A DNA stretch of 64,000 bases, from contig OZ287749.1 of NCBI GenBank assembly GCA_965649765.1, forward strand, positions 64,170,001-64,234,000. Reading direction: 5' to 3'. Position numbers and translations under genes: made by a program. This document shows positions 28,772-42,439 of the stretch, in pieces. How positions within the stretch are numbered: the stretch's first letter is position 1; each line of letters begins with the position of its first letter. The stretch is from Bispira polyomma (Eukaryota). The notes under the pieces were generated by a model that made no database searches, was not told the origin of the DNA, and saw only the letters and a program-made list of their open reading frames with translations.

Positions 28772-29784
28772 CAGGTCCTCCAGTCTATTTCTTGTATTTT
28801 TTTTGTCTCCAGTAATTTGATTGGCTAAAAATATTGTGTCAACGAATCTGATTAACTGAGACTCCATTAGTACATTATTTGATATTGACGTAAATTGAAC
28901 AATCACCTCCTAGTCTTGCACGATTGAATTTTTTTTTTTCAAAAAGGCATCATAGATTACTTGGAATTATTAATGACTATGCCACATTGCTATCATCATT
29001 TACAAATGTGACCTAGAGGGATCCAAGTCTGAGGTTGACAGATACAGACACATACATAGTGACTGGATGACCACTTTACATGATATTCCTCTGTAATTGG
29101 GTTCTAAATTTGGAATATTTAAGCCAAAAATTACAATTTTCTTTACCATAATCTGTTGAACATAAACTATATTTGTTCCAACTTGTAACTTCCTAGGTAG
29201 AACCGAAATAAAGGAGTAAATCACTAATTACTCTATTAGAAGGATTAAATCTTGCCTTAAATTCAAATCTTGTTATGCTACTCTATCACCTGTTATGCTT
29301 CTCTACTGTATGTTATGATTATCCAGCAGCTGATTCCAGTGGGTTTCAATTTTACAGCACTCCTCTCCCCCCTGATGTTTATAATTTATTCGAGTACAAT
29401 ATTAGCTATTTAGCTATTAAATGCTATTTAATGCTGTCAAATTTAGCTATTAACATGCTGATTAACAAACCTTGAGCTTTAATGAATGTAGAAGGCTTAC
29501 TCACTGATGGTAGACCATTTCAAAGAAATATGGATCTTAACATCCACATTTTACGACTAATAAAGTATATTTGATTAACTAACATAACAGTTCTCACTCA
29601 TTTGTTGGATTTAGTATTATATCGTAAAGGTATATTGAAGTTGATTTAGACTGATTTAGAAAAACACAGTTACGTGAAACTAATATCATTTAATATAAAA
29701 CAAACCTTCACATAAACATGTAAAGCAGACAAGCTTGGGAAAATGTGAGGTCACCTAGGATGACAAAAAAGAGTGACCTTAATG

Positions 29785-30722
29785 ATTACCTTGCAAGGTG
29801 AATTGGGAAGAAACAAGGGTGAAATGCCAAATACAGAAAGTCAATGCTACAATTGATGTCCAGGCATCCTCTGTGGCACACATCCCAATAACGATCCAAC
29901 AAGTGTAGTCCGATAGAAGAGAACGGTGTGTGATCACAGTGCAGCCATAACTGGCAGATGTACGTCATGGCGGAAAAGCAAGTTGATCCAGATAAGTTTT
30001 GATTTTTGGGGGGTAAAAGCCTGCCATCCTTGTTTCAATAAGAACACTGGCATGGAGACTATTCTATTCCGAAGCTATTGCCATATTAAATAATCTGGAA
30101 CTTAATTTTTTTATTGGATTTATTTATTGTTTTTTTTTTTTTGTTTTTTTGTTGTTTTTTTTTTGGGGGGGGGGGGACTGAAAGGTAGAAAGTAAGATTT
30201 GAAATAAATAAGCTAGAGGTTTGTGGGGTTGTTTAAGTGTCAATGCATGTTAGTTAAAAACGTAAATATTTAATAAAATTACATATATGTTTATTACAAC
30301 AATGAAATGTTTTAACACAAAATCCCACCCTGTACATTACATTGCAAGGTGAATTGGGAAGAAACAAGAGTGAAATGCCAAATCGATGTCTAGGCATCTT
30401 CTGTGGCACACATACCAATAACGATCCACCAAGTGTTTAATTTTTGATTTGTGAAATGATTTTGGTTTGTGAAAGCCTTGTTTCCATATGAACCCTGGCA
30501 AGAAGACTATCCTGTTCCGAAGGTACTGCAATGTTAAATAATCTGGAACAGGATTTGCCTGTTCTTTTTGGGGTGTGGGGGGGGGGGCAAACTGAGAGGT
30601 GAAGGGTAAGATTTTAAATGAATAAGCTTGAGGTTTAAGCTTTATTTTAGTGTCTATACATGTTAGTCATAAACGTGAATATTTTGATAAAATAACACAT
30701 TTATTAAATTATGAAATTTTAA
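29785..30722. repeat. Diverged tandem duplication (units ~29785-30315 and ~30336-30722)
   Basis: Both units start ttac.ttgcaaggtgaattgggaagaaacaag and share ttaaataatctggaac, a poly-G tract and gtaagattt; the second unit has internal deletions. Confidence 0.9.
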
Positions 30723-32574
30723 CCCCCCCCCCCCCCACCACCACCCCCCACCCCACCACACCCCCACCCCGGTTAAAATATAAGTGATGTGGAACCCACC
30801 AGTAATGTACATCCCAAGGGCATCTAATCTCATCAGGTGTTAGCCTGGCAGGCAACTCTAAGTCCATTATAAATACTACTGATATATCAAACTGTCATGA
30901 TATCTAAATCCTTGTGATCTTGTTTTGCTGTTGTATAAAGATGACTGAGAATGGCCTGCACTTAAACACTCTGGCCAAAGGGTGGATACTAATATCAGGT
31001 CTTAAACCAAAAATGATCTCATCTAACTTTATCAAGATGTATCTTATGTGCACGAGAACAACATACGTACAATCTGGCAGCATATTTGAGTTTACAAAAG
31101 CTGTCTTGGATGAATTGGTTGACAAGTCTGGGTTTATGTTTATCATTAAGGTGGCTCATGTGTAGTGGTGTGTCAGTTTAAGTGTAAGCATTTGGGGTTG
31201 AGATCAATGGTAAGTATAAAACCCCCAGAACTGATTGGATTTTCTGTAAAGCCCATTTATTTAGTAACTGTCACTCCAGCTGTCAATAGGGACTTTCCAT
31301 CTAAACCATAATGAGAAGCCAGGATGATTGAGTATGTCACAGTCAAAGTAGTTCTAACCTAAAAATACACACGGTTTCGAAAAGGTTTTATCTGGTAAGC
31401 TTTTTTTTTTTGGCCTACTTTAATTTGACATGTTATAATTGTAGCAAATGTGAAAATATTTGTGTGGTTAGCATTTATATATATTTTTAATGCACTTGGA
31501 CTTTAGTTTGTGTCATAAAAATAGTCAAATTCTATTTTATTAATTAAAAATATATAAATTGAATAAGGTATATTGCATTTCTTACATGACAATTTCTGTC
31601 ACCTATGTATTTATTATAGGATATTAAGATAACACTAAGCTGGCATGTGAAAATCAAAACTAAACACGGCAGTATTTGATTTTTTTTCTTGTCAGTCATT
31701 TGGTCGGTGCAAACCAGATTCTCGGGAAGTTTTGGTGGAGGAAATGTTTTAGTATGCATCAGTTGGACAACTTTAACACCCAGCTGCAGCTTTAAGAACA
31801 GTCAGAGGTGTCTGCTGATAACTAAACAGCTTTAATAATGTAAACAGACGGGGTAGGAGGTGGAAGGACTGGTTTGCTGATGATAGTGGGGTGTGTCTAG
31901 AAGGACACACGGTGACAGCTGCACATGATACAGTAAGGGCTTGCAAATGTAACTCTTTTTTCTAAATATTGACCCTGCTGCTACCAAATTAAAATAAATG
32001 GCTATATACTTATTGAAAAATATTTATATTCACATATCACATACTTAGTATCCAGTATGTATGTAAGCATTTTACAAGACTATTTACTATAATATTGCAA
32101 ACAATAGTGCACATGTGATTAAATTAGTTTTGGGCATAATACAGGAGACTTACAGTAACCTGTGTGTCTGTGTTTTTAGATTAAATTTGAGCCTGGACAG
32201 CACCCACCAATCCCCACAGCTGGGAACCCAGCCCCACTGGCATTAAAACAACAACAGAAAGTGACTTTAAGGTTGTTTTTTTTTCCAAAAGTGAAAATAG
32301 AAAAAAGTCAGTGGAATTTAAGTAATAGGTGTGAGAATAAAAACTAGAAACGAATACTTTAAGTACAATATTGTCAGATAAAGAATTGTGCCTTAAAAGT
32401 GTTATCCTTCTTTTTAAACTGTTTATTTGACAAGCATAAACATTATAATATATTTACCAGTGGATGTACCTACACATTCCATTGTAAGACCTTTCAAATA
32501 ATATGGTGAAATATTGCATGCTCTACTCTTAAAAAACGTTAAAAACCATGCTCTGTTTTAAGTTTATGACTTTT

Positions 32575-32818
32575 GAATTATCAATGCAAAGCTCCAAGAA
32601 GAACTTATTTTTATTCATGAAAGACACAACGACTGGGCATTGGATAGTTTGCTCTGTGATGTTTTTTTTCTTTACTGTGTTGTTTTAGCCTCCAGAGCGA
32701 TTTTTTATGATTTGTTATAACCTTTGAAATGTTAGTATAGTTTGCTATGACATCACACCAAAATATAATATGTTTATAATACAAATAAGCTCTTCTGGAA
32801 GCTTTGCATTGATAATTC
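32575..32818. repeat. Inverted repeat (~35-bp arms), probable palindromic MITE remnant
   Basis: gaattatcaatgcaaagctccaagaagaacttatt ... aataagctcttctggaagctttgcattgataattc. Confidence 0.75.
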
Positions 32819-33570
32819 TTAGTTGCAGAAACCTGCTAAGTGGAATAGTCTCCCTACTACACTACAAACTGAGACAAGCATCAAAGGCTTCAGAAAAAAG
32901 CTAAAAACACATCTGTATCAGCTCGCTTACCTTTAGCATTCGTCTGCTGGTCACAACTGAACTCTGATTACGAATTTTTTTTTCTATCTATCGAAATATC
33001 CTGCACCACTGCTTCCTTTATGGGGGAAAGTTTCTTTGTCACAGGTCAATGGTTTTAAGTACAAATATTACTGGTATTTTACCAAATAAAACCAAAGTGG
33101 TATGCACTACTATTTAGGGGTTACTACAATATGTTCTAATAATTTACTACCATTTAATGAAATAAATATTTAAAGAAGCAATCTTAATTTAATTTTTTAC
33201 ACTTCATTTAAAAATGTTATTTTAGTTGGGTTTTGTAATTGTCAAAGGCCCTTGTACACCATTCAGTTGACATAATGTAAGCGTTGTGAGGTGTTTATAT
33301 ATTATATTGAAAGGGATGTAAACGCAAATCAATTTAAATTCAAGATTGAATTAGTGTCATAGTATATTTCCCTGCTTGGTTCAATATACAGGATATAATA
33401 TTTTAAGTGTATTTTTTCAAACATGACTATTGCCTCTGCAATAATCTTGTATCAATTAAGAAGTACTGCCCTAATTCGGCTTACTAAGCAAAACTGACGA
33501 GACAGTTACAGCAGGTAAGCCAAAGAAATGAAGAAGACTAAGAAGATTTTACCAGATTAGGTTCAAGTAA

Positions 33571-34230
33571 GGCCCCAGTCCCACCGGATTCACATTAGCC
33601 TATGTTAACCACGCAAGGCTGTCGAAAATATTTCATGCAAAAGTCCACGCAAAAGTTGATTTATATTTTATTATTATGTCAAAGGCATTGACTCATGCAG
33701 AGATCCAAGTATTTTTATGTCAATACCTGTAAAGACTCGCAGCTGATATAACAATTCACGTAAAATTATGTATTAAGTGGTACGCATCTGTATGCAAAGA
33801 CACACAAATAAACATTAAAGGCCGTAATATTACGTTAAGCCACATAATTTATTACGTTATATGTACGTTTGTCTACGTAATCTTTCATAAGACGACGTTT
33901 TTGACGTTGATATGGGTAATACTTTCTTTGTATTCTTATGCCGTATTACGTGTATTACTTTACATTTGTTTAACTACATCAAACCACATTATACTATGGC
34001 AACTATTGCAAATTTCCCACAAATATCACATTAAACCATGTATCAATCTTACGTGGTTTGCATGTCAAAATTTCAAACGGTTTAAAATTATAAATTTTCT
34101 GCATGTCATCTCTTACGTTAGGTTATGTATGTTTATGTATATTATGTCAGCTCCCGCAAACACCACGCAAACCCTACGCAAATTGATTTTTTTAACGACT
34201 GCATACGCGAAGGCCGGTGATACTGGGGCA
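33571..34230 (+). mobile_element. MITE family C, PIF/Harbinger type, TAA target-site duplication
   Basis: TAA-ggccccagtcccaccgg ... ccggtgatactggggca-TAA; second copy at 48567-49039. Confidence 0.85.
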
Positions 34231-37200
34231 TAAGGATGGGATTTTTTGGCTTTGGATTTAAAACAATAAAAATTTCATTATTATCATTCAACATTATAAA
34301 ACAATAAATATATTATGATCAATTTTATTATTATTATTATTACAAACCAACAGTAAATCCATCATTCCATTGGTTTAACCAAGGTCACGTGACATGGTAT
34401 TTATTGTGGTATAATCATTGACAATAAACTTCTACCCTCTGGACTATTGTTGTTGTCAACTGATATTTGACCAGCACGTAGTGTACAATGAATATTTTGG
34501 TTTGGTAAACACTCTGTGGGGAAGAGACTCGCTTTGGGATGACATATGACCTGGTGTTAATCCTTGAAATGAGACTCTTAGGTACAGTGATATATATTGA
34601 GGTTCAAATAACCACTTAAAGTAGTTGGTACCGTGCCATTTGGGCCCTATCCCCCAGTGGCAGGCTAAAGAACATTGAGAGGATGTTGATAAAGGGTCAT
34701 CCTCAAGCTTTTGTTTCAGGGTTATATACCTTGACCCCTATTTGTTATAACTCTCAGTTTATCCTCCTGTAAAGTGTGTTAATCTGTAAACAGATTAAAC
34801 ATGTGTGCTATTTTAAAGAATTTGTGATATATTTATCACATCTCCTACAACCCCTGTATCTGGCTAGTATTTTCACAATGACTCTTCTTTTTAGTCACAA
34901 ACTGCTATCTTGTGCATAGAATTCCCAGTAAGAAAAGTTTTTAACAAAACCCCCTGGAAATCACTTGGGAGCCCTCTGTTGGCTCCAGCAAAATAAATTA
35001 GGTTTGTTGTTTTTTCGTGCTGGTGTAGGAATGCATAAAAATCTGCTCTAAGCCCTATTAATCAGTGAATCCATGAATGCTTATCTGTTAAGCGACAGCC
35101 AATGTGGGATTTTTTTTCACCGAAGAAAAACACGAGTCTGGCTTGTTGCATAAAAGGCCTGGCCCTCTATTAATCGTGGCATGTGTTGTGAAAGGTTTTG
35201 GGACATTTTAATATGTTTTTTTTTGTGCGTTTAAACTGAGACTTACAAGGGCTTTTGGGAAAACTATAACAACAAAGATTAAGTTTTATATTCATAAAAT
35301 AGCACCTAAATGATTACAGGTTGATATAAACAAATATTAGTTTGCTATATTTTAAAACGTATACAGTATTGAATGATAATGTTTATTTTGAATCATGTTT
35401 TACCAAACAAATAGTAGACTTTACCTAAACATTAAAAGATGATTACACATGACCCTATAGTGAACCAATGTTGGTATTTCTGGAAATCACAAATTCCTAG
35501 AATATTTACAATAAACAAAAAGCAAAGTACATTAAAGTAGTGTAGTCCAATCCTACAACAAATACAAGACTTTTACCCGTAGAAATTGTATTTTAGTGTC
35601 CCATTTTTTGTGTTTTCCTGCTGAAGAACGTAGTTAAATGACTGAAAGATGAAAATGTAAAAGGAACACCAGGTCTTATACCTGGAAACATTAAACAGAG
35701 ACATATCGGTTAGTGCCTGTTAATATTGCTTCAGCACCTTAATACTACTTCAAGTCTTTCAAATTAAAAGAAAAAAAAGCAACAACCTGGGTTCATACTA
35801 TATTCTATACTCCCCCTTGCATTTGAACAGTTCATCAACACCCAACCACATATTGGAGCCACATACACATAGATTATATAACACATTGTGGAGATATAAA
35901 GCTCAGCCCAAACGTGTGTATAAACTTTATATTAAAATCATATAACCTCAATACACTATGGTTGGACCAACTTTTTATTCTCTGTTCTATTCTAAAGTCA
36001 GTTTAAGACTAAGGTTCTCTGAGATGATGCTGTGGTACAGATTAGACGTTGGGTGGTGTGTGCAGTGAAGTAAAAGGAATATGATGCATTGCCCTGTTGG
36101 GGGCCAGTCCTTACAGTACAGTGAGCTGTCCAGGACATATTGCTTGTCTCACTCTAACTGATCTAGGGTCCCCTTAGGACTGGGTTGGAAGGGGGGGGGG
36201 GTTACAGAGGGGGAGAAGGGAGGTGTTTGAGGAGGTATAAAAACAACTAAAGGAATGTGACGACACTGTGTTCTACCGTTTAAAATGAAAGTGTATATAT
36301 TATGTCTGATGCTAGAATAACACAATTCAAATAGCAATGTTAACGTTTTATTCATGAAGTTTCTTCAGGAGTTCTTACCAACGATTTTCCAAAGAGGAAA
36401 ACAGAGGACTACCTTATTAAGTGGTTTGTCTCAGGGTGTATGTATATCTGCCTGGTTTAAAACCTAGGTCATCTGTGTACACAAAGCCAGTGTGTTTACC
36501 CACTGGGTCACAGTAGAAGACATGTAAAAAGCATACCTAGAATTGTTTATGTGTTGTTAATTCCAATTAATTCCAATATGGGCTCTCTCACTAGATTTAG
36601 TGAGGCATTAAATAGTATGTACTATCATTATTAAGATAGGGACAATGATTAAAAAAAATAATCAATACAATAGCTGAAAATTCATATAATTGATGAGTGT
36701 CTCACGTCTTCAATTAACAAACGTTGATCAAGTAAGTTTTTCACTCTCTCTACCTTTTATAATTAATTGTTCTTTTTAATTAATTTTTATACTCAACACA
36801 GTAGTGCAGTTTTTTTTAAAGTGTTAATTTGATTACTTATTTTTTTGATAGATCGAAGACATTCTAAAATGAGGGTTATCTGGGGGCGCCCATGTTGTAT
36901 GACGGGTCTAACATAAACCATTTAAGGGGTGTAGATTTATTGATAACGTTCATGAAAACATATATCTTCTTTTATCAAGGTTAATGTTATATTTGCCTCA
37001 TATTTATGGTTAATATATTTTTCTTATATAAATGGACTGATAGACTGATTGTTATATCTGTGCCAGTACATACAATCAGCACGAGTAATTTTCTCATCTT
37101 AACTTGACACAGAGGTCAATCCAGGCCATCTGCCTTCCTGTGAGAGTTAGTTATCCATTAGGTTACACAGTTTGATATAATGATATGCCATGATTTCAGA

Positions 37201-37341
37201 GATAATGCTATGGTTGTTTGTAGACATTCAAGTCACGTAATGCTGTTACATACCCCTCGCTTTATACCTGTTCTTATGAATCAGCCATTCTTCCTTCTTT
37301 TAAATATTGAAACAATTCAAACACATATTTTAATGCATCAT

Positions 37342-37375
37342 CCCTAACCCTAACCCTAACTCCTAACCCTAACCC
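37342..37375. repeat. Short interstitial telomere-like (CCCTAA)n tract
   Basis: About five imperfect CCCTAA units. Confidence 0.8.
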
Positions 37376-38599
37376 TCTATCTAAAACCTATCTCCATATC
37401 TGTGTTGCTCACTGGAAGGGCACTACAGACAGCCAAGACATTGTTACCAGTACAGGTATTATCTCCATGATAAGGATTGTATACTGTTATCTCCTTTAAT
37501 TTTCTCATGTCTGGTGTACATGTTTTTAATACATGTATTTGTAAAAACCCAAAATCTGCAAGCTTTAATAATCAATAATCAATCTGGTCATTCATAATTC
37601 CGTTCTATCAGTTATATGCTGATTCTCTGTTTTGCAACCTAAACAACTAAATGTTAATGTATTAATGTCATTTTTATATGTATTTTGATTTATTTTATTT
37701 GGGTTTAGCATTATTCCAATCTGAAAAAATGAAAACAAATATTTGTGTATTTGCCACACAGTAATTCAAATAAAGATTAATTAGTAAAGTTGTACTCAAG
37801 ATATAAACTTTTAATTTACAATGGGCATAAAAATCAAGTTCAGTGTTTTCTTGATTATGTGAAAGAATAGTTCTATAATAAATGTCAACACTGGTAATGA
37901 ATTGTAACCAACGCGTGTTTTCCCGAATACCTATCGATTCTGATTAAGTCTATGCCCCTTGATGAATGGTAAGTAATGATTTATAATTAAGTTGCGAGTA
38001 TCCCTCAAGAGTAGTAACTTTATTACACAGAGGAGATAATTCAGTGGGTCGGAAGCGACATAATGATGGCTTTTGAGAAAAACAAGGATGAAAGATTTCC
38101 CAGAATATTTTAGCAATGCATCATAATTTATGGTTAAAGACTGGTCTCTTTACATAAGTTAGTGAACTAAACATAAAGAAAAACTCATCTTAAATTAGAG
38201 TTTGCAATCAAACACATTATGTCCTTTTTTGATATTGAAAATATGCCATCGAGCCATTATTCTTTTGTTAACATTGCTGTTAACATCATTTTGTATGTTC
38301 TGTGCACACCAATTTGTGATGAAAATTTTGCTTCTAAAAGGTAAATATTTTTTACGCAGTGAAACAACAGGAATTGTAGAATGCTCCAGCAACGGTTTAA
38401 TCAAACTAAATGCGATTAACTTGGCTATCAGAAGTGTTGTTTGCATCGTTCTTGTTATGAAATAAAGGTTGCATAAAACATGTATCATATACAGAAAAAA
38501 TATGAATGCAAAATAATATAAGGATTATATGTATTATGTAATATATGTCAAAAGTAAACAATGCCAGGGGTTACTGTAAAAATTCTAAAAAAGTAACAA

Positions 38600-38980
38600 A
38601 GCCCATAATCCCATTTAAGTTTGTTTGGGCCGATTTAGCTGAAACGGTTGGTGTGTTCGTGGGTAACGTATGAAACATATTTAACACGTATATGACTTCA
38701 AGGACAGCAGTAAGACGTAATATAAATACAAATAATATTTGAAATGAGGAGAATGAGATCTAAATGTGCTTAGAAACGTGGCTGACGTATTTTAAAATGT
38801 GGCTAACGGTACAAACATAATTGAAACGGCTAATAAAACGTGTTGAATGTGTGTACAAACGTGTACAGAACGTGTACAAAACGGCCTATACATTGATTTC
38901 TTGTTACGTTTTCCCAATATTCACTTTCATTTAAAACAAAGGGAACATCAACACAAATATTTCTTAGTGTGACCATTGTA
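38600..38980 (-). mobile_element. MITE family B, inverted copy abutting the YR retrotransposon
   Basis: Ends tagtgtgaccattgta (degenerate TIR); body homologous to 50450-50906; left boundary approximate. Confidence 0.7.
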
Positions 38981-38982
38981 AT

Positions 38983-39120
38983 TGGTGAGATTGCAAAAAC
39001 GAAGGCTAGTTGCAAGCTTGTTCAGTGATGAAGGTCAGGGAGGCCTAGCCACACTACTTTCTCAGGCAGCGTTGGTCGTCGCAGTTCATTTTTGGCAACA
39101 ACTGGGACGGACGTATAATA
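38983..39120 (+). repeat. Split direct repeat A1 of element 1
   Basis: tggtgag...aacgaaggct...gcagttcatttttggca.caactgggacggacgtataat, repeated at 45251-45372 and 45705-45826. Confidence 0.9.
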
Positions 39121-39383
39121 ATTTTTTTGCTGGGTGGTAACATCTGATAGAGAGTCTTACAACAACAAGGATTTTATATATATATTTGTGTGCTTGTTGA
39201 TAGTATTCTATGGATGGATTATTGAAATTTTACAACAGAAACGATTTTATATAGATTTGTGTGTTTCCCAGTTGGTGCCAGGTTTTTATCTGGATTTCGT
39301 CGCAGAACTAGCCGTGTTATTTTTGTTTTTAAAATTGACTGTTTCCAGTATCAGTTATTAGGAGTTTCAAGAAACAGAAAGGA

Positions 39384-40663
39384 ATGAGTGCTGGTCGGCT
39401 GGTAGCGGCTAGAACCAGCAAGATAACTGTACCAGCAATTGTTAGCTTACCAGAGAAACTTAAGAAAATGAAACAAAAAGGGACCGGCGACAGCTTGTTC
39501 GGACTTGTAGCACACGGTCGAGGTCCGGTTGACGTAGCAATGCCAGTGTCTGGGGCAGCATTAGGAAGTCATTTTCCTAGTCGTACAGGAACAAGAAGTG
39601 TAGTCAGAGGGAGAACTGAAACTGGAGCTGAAAGCAGACTTCCTGTTACAAAGCTTAATCTTCAGACAAATCGACAGTTCAACAATGGCAGTGGTGATCT
39701 TCAGATGTCAAATATAAGTCGACAGCTCAACAATGGCAGTGGTGATCTCCAGACGTCAGATGTAATTGAACAGTTGGGTCCGCTGACTCAGGCAGTGCTT
39801 TCGTCAAAGGATGTTAACTCACAGTTTATGAAACGGGTGGATACTATTGAATCGAGTGCACGTTCGGATGTTGTGGCTGATTCTAGTGTTAGGGCAAAGT
39901 TACTGCCCCAGTAGTATCCGTTAACCCTCCTAAGATTTCTCCCTCACTCGGAGGGGCCAAAATCGTCACTTGAACAGTTTCAAACTTTCGGATCCGGTTT
40001 GAATGGTGTTAGGTCAGATCTGGCTGTGCAACATGAAGTTCAGAGGTGACTGCTGGAAATGGAGGACCAGGAGGATCAAGTACTGGACTTTGGTATGTCA
40101 AACTTTAGAGCTAATAACAGCAAGGTTAAATCTGGTCAGTTTAGAGTTGGAGGGGAACCCCTTGTAAGAGGTTCGTTTATTTGCATCACCATTTGTGTTT
40201 CATAGGAAGAGACTGTAAAAGAGTAACATATGATGAGCTCACATTGCTACAGTGGTGTCTAGGTTTCAATAGATGTATCTTGGAAGAGTCCGATTTGCAA
40301 ATTCAGCAAAACTTGCTTAAATAGGCCTAGGTTGGTCAGTTGCTAAAGGGGCACACAGGGTCATTATGTCTAACTTGAAGGATGGTTTGTTAACCTGGGC
40401 TGAACCGGATAGGGTCGATGATATCCGCAAGTAGTGGCCAATGCCAAGTCAAGTTCTTTCAAACCGGCTTCAAATTTTTCACAAAGAAGTATATACCAAA
40501 TTTCAATCGGGCACTTATGAATCAATCGTAGATCACAAAGTGGGCAATGCATGGCTCAGACACATTTGTGCTTACTGTATAAATACAATGACCATATCCT
40601 CATAAAGAAATGGTCTGTCAAAAGAAAAAGGCAAAAAACGGCGGCTTTACCTCTCGACAGTAA
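39384..40663 (+). pseudogene. gag-like ORF1 of element 1 (stops and frameshifts)
   Basis: RSDLAVQHEVQR, VKSGQFR, TYDELTLLQWCLGFNRCILEE, W..AKGAH and C-terminal HICAYC..H...C; homologous to element 2 gag; in-frame stops at 39912 and 40047. Confidence 0.85.
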
Positions 40664-40832
40664 ATAAGGTAGTTAAACCAAACAATTGTAGAACTGACAC
40701 ATTTGTGCTTACTGTATAAATACAATGACCATATCCTCATAAAGAAATGGTCTGTCAAAGAAAAAGGCAAAAAACGGCGGCTTTACCTCTCGGCAGTAAA
40801 TAAGGTAGTTAAACCAAACAATTGTAGAACTG
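40559..40832 (+). repeat. Near-identical 137-bp tandem duplication at the gag end
   Basis: gacacatttgtgc...attgtagaactg occurs twice, differing by about one substitution and one 1-nt indel. Confidence 0.95.
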
Positions 40833-42439
40833 TTGAGGGGCATAGTCAAGTAACTGAAAATCGTATTTCAAAACAGGCAGTACAGCCGAGTTGTAATGTT
40901 AATGTACAGCAAAGTGTTCATAAGGAAAAAATAAGGTTAACTGTAGAGACAATCTAGTTAAATCTTCAGCTGACCACACCAGATTAATTTAATCATGTCG
41001 GGTGGGTGTGGATATAGACAATGATAAGTATAATCAGCTAAAAAAGGCAATTAAAACTCTTCCAAACGGCAGCAGTACTGCCAAGCTTGAGCACAATATA
41101 GAAGTGAAGTTAACAGGCAATGGATGTGATTGTTTGTTAAAATTAAATGATGTCTGTACTTGTGTAAGTTGTATATATTGTCTGGTTACAGACTCCCTTA
41201 AGGGGAGGGGACATGACAGTTCTCTTGAAGGTGAACAAAAACCCGTATTAAAACATGTATTTACTGTTAAAAATATAAATTATGTGGATCATCATCAGGT
41301 TTCATCAAGAAAATGTGTCAAATCATTGGGGAATTGCTGGCTTTTAAGGAGCACCATTTGCCTAATGTGTGACAGTCTGCGCAGGGGAACAAAATGGAGT
41401 TGGGCGAATTTGGTATCACACACTTGAGTCTAGGCGGTAAAACTCCCATAAGTTCTATCAGGATGGCTCGGGAATGTCCATTTACTCACGGAATCTTGTT
41501 TTCCGCTGTTCAGTTTTCAATCGTCCTTCTAAGGTTCACACACACGCCACTTTTTGAGACATGTGTAGTATTTTTGTGTCTGGCGTCTTAGGAATTTTGG
41601 CGGGTACACCTAGTACCTTCGCAGTGATACATTTTTTTCCTATATACTCAACCAAATCTGGTTAACTTGTTGGCGCGTGTCACTTGTGTGCGCACAGGTT
41701 TGTGTCTACTTATGTGGGGAAATCCACATTACCACGTCATCACCGCTGAATCTCTTGCCATATTTGGGCAAAGCATGAAGTTGTATAATACTTTGGCCTG
41801 CTGGTATTTTACTGGTTTCTCCTTGTTACAGGGGTACTTGCATAGAAGTAATGTTATAAACGAGTTTAACAAATTTCTTGGCAGAATTTGTGCACACAGT
41901 TCTGGCTCATGTACGGGTTTGGTTTATTTTCTGTCAGTGTTTTGACAGCTGTCTACAAACAATTGTAACAACTGTATTGTCACTGATGAATCACAAATGC
42001 AATATAAGGTTGCAATAGAACTATTAAATGGTTATGTTAACCAGTGTGTGTATGTTATTATCAGGCATATGTGTGTTATTAACAAATTTGTCATTGCTTG
42101 GTTTAATTATGTTTTCATGTGGTAATGGTTACATTTGTATTGGATGATTGTCATCACCACAGCAAGAGTAACAATTAAGAACATACTTAACCTAATTGGG
42201 GTGCACATATGTTTGTTACTGAGTTGGTCCCATACATAGCCCTAAGGCTCATAGGGAAGCAAAACCAGTTACTACCGTTACAGACATAGGCAGTATTCAT
42301 CATGAACTTCCTTCATATTATAATGGTCAGTATTTCCAGTGTGTGTATCCTGGACAGTTTAATTTTGGTTACCTACCGAGTGGCACCCAATTAATGCCAG
42401 TGAATGCAAGTTACAAGGAAAGCACTTGTGATTCAGCAT

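Noticed and set aside
33901-34233. 110-aa ORF similar to the ORF at 48825-49019
   Set aside because: The similarity comes from two copies of non-coding MITE family C.
37342-37375. Chromosome fusion or telomere remnant
   Set aside because: Only about five imperfect units in one orientation; common as a microsatellite or TE component.
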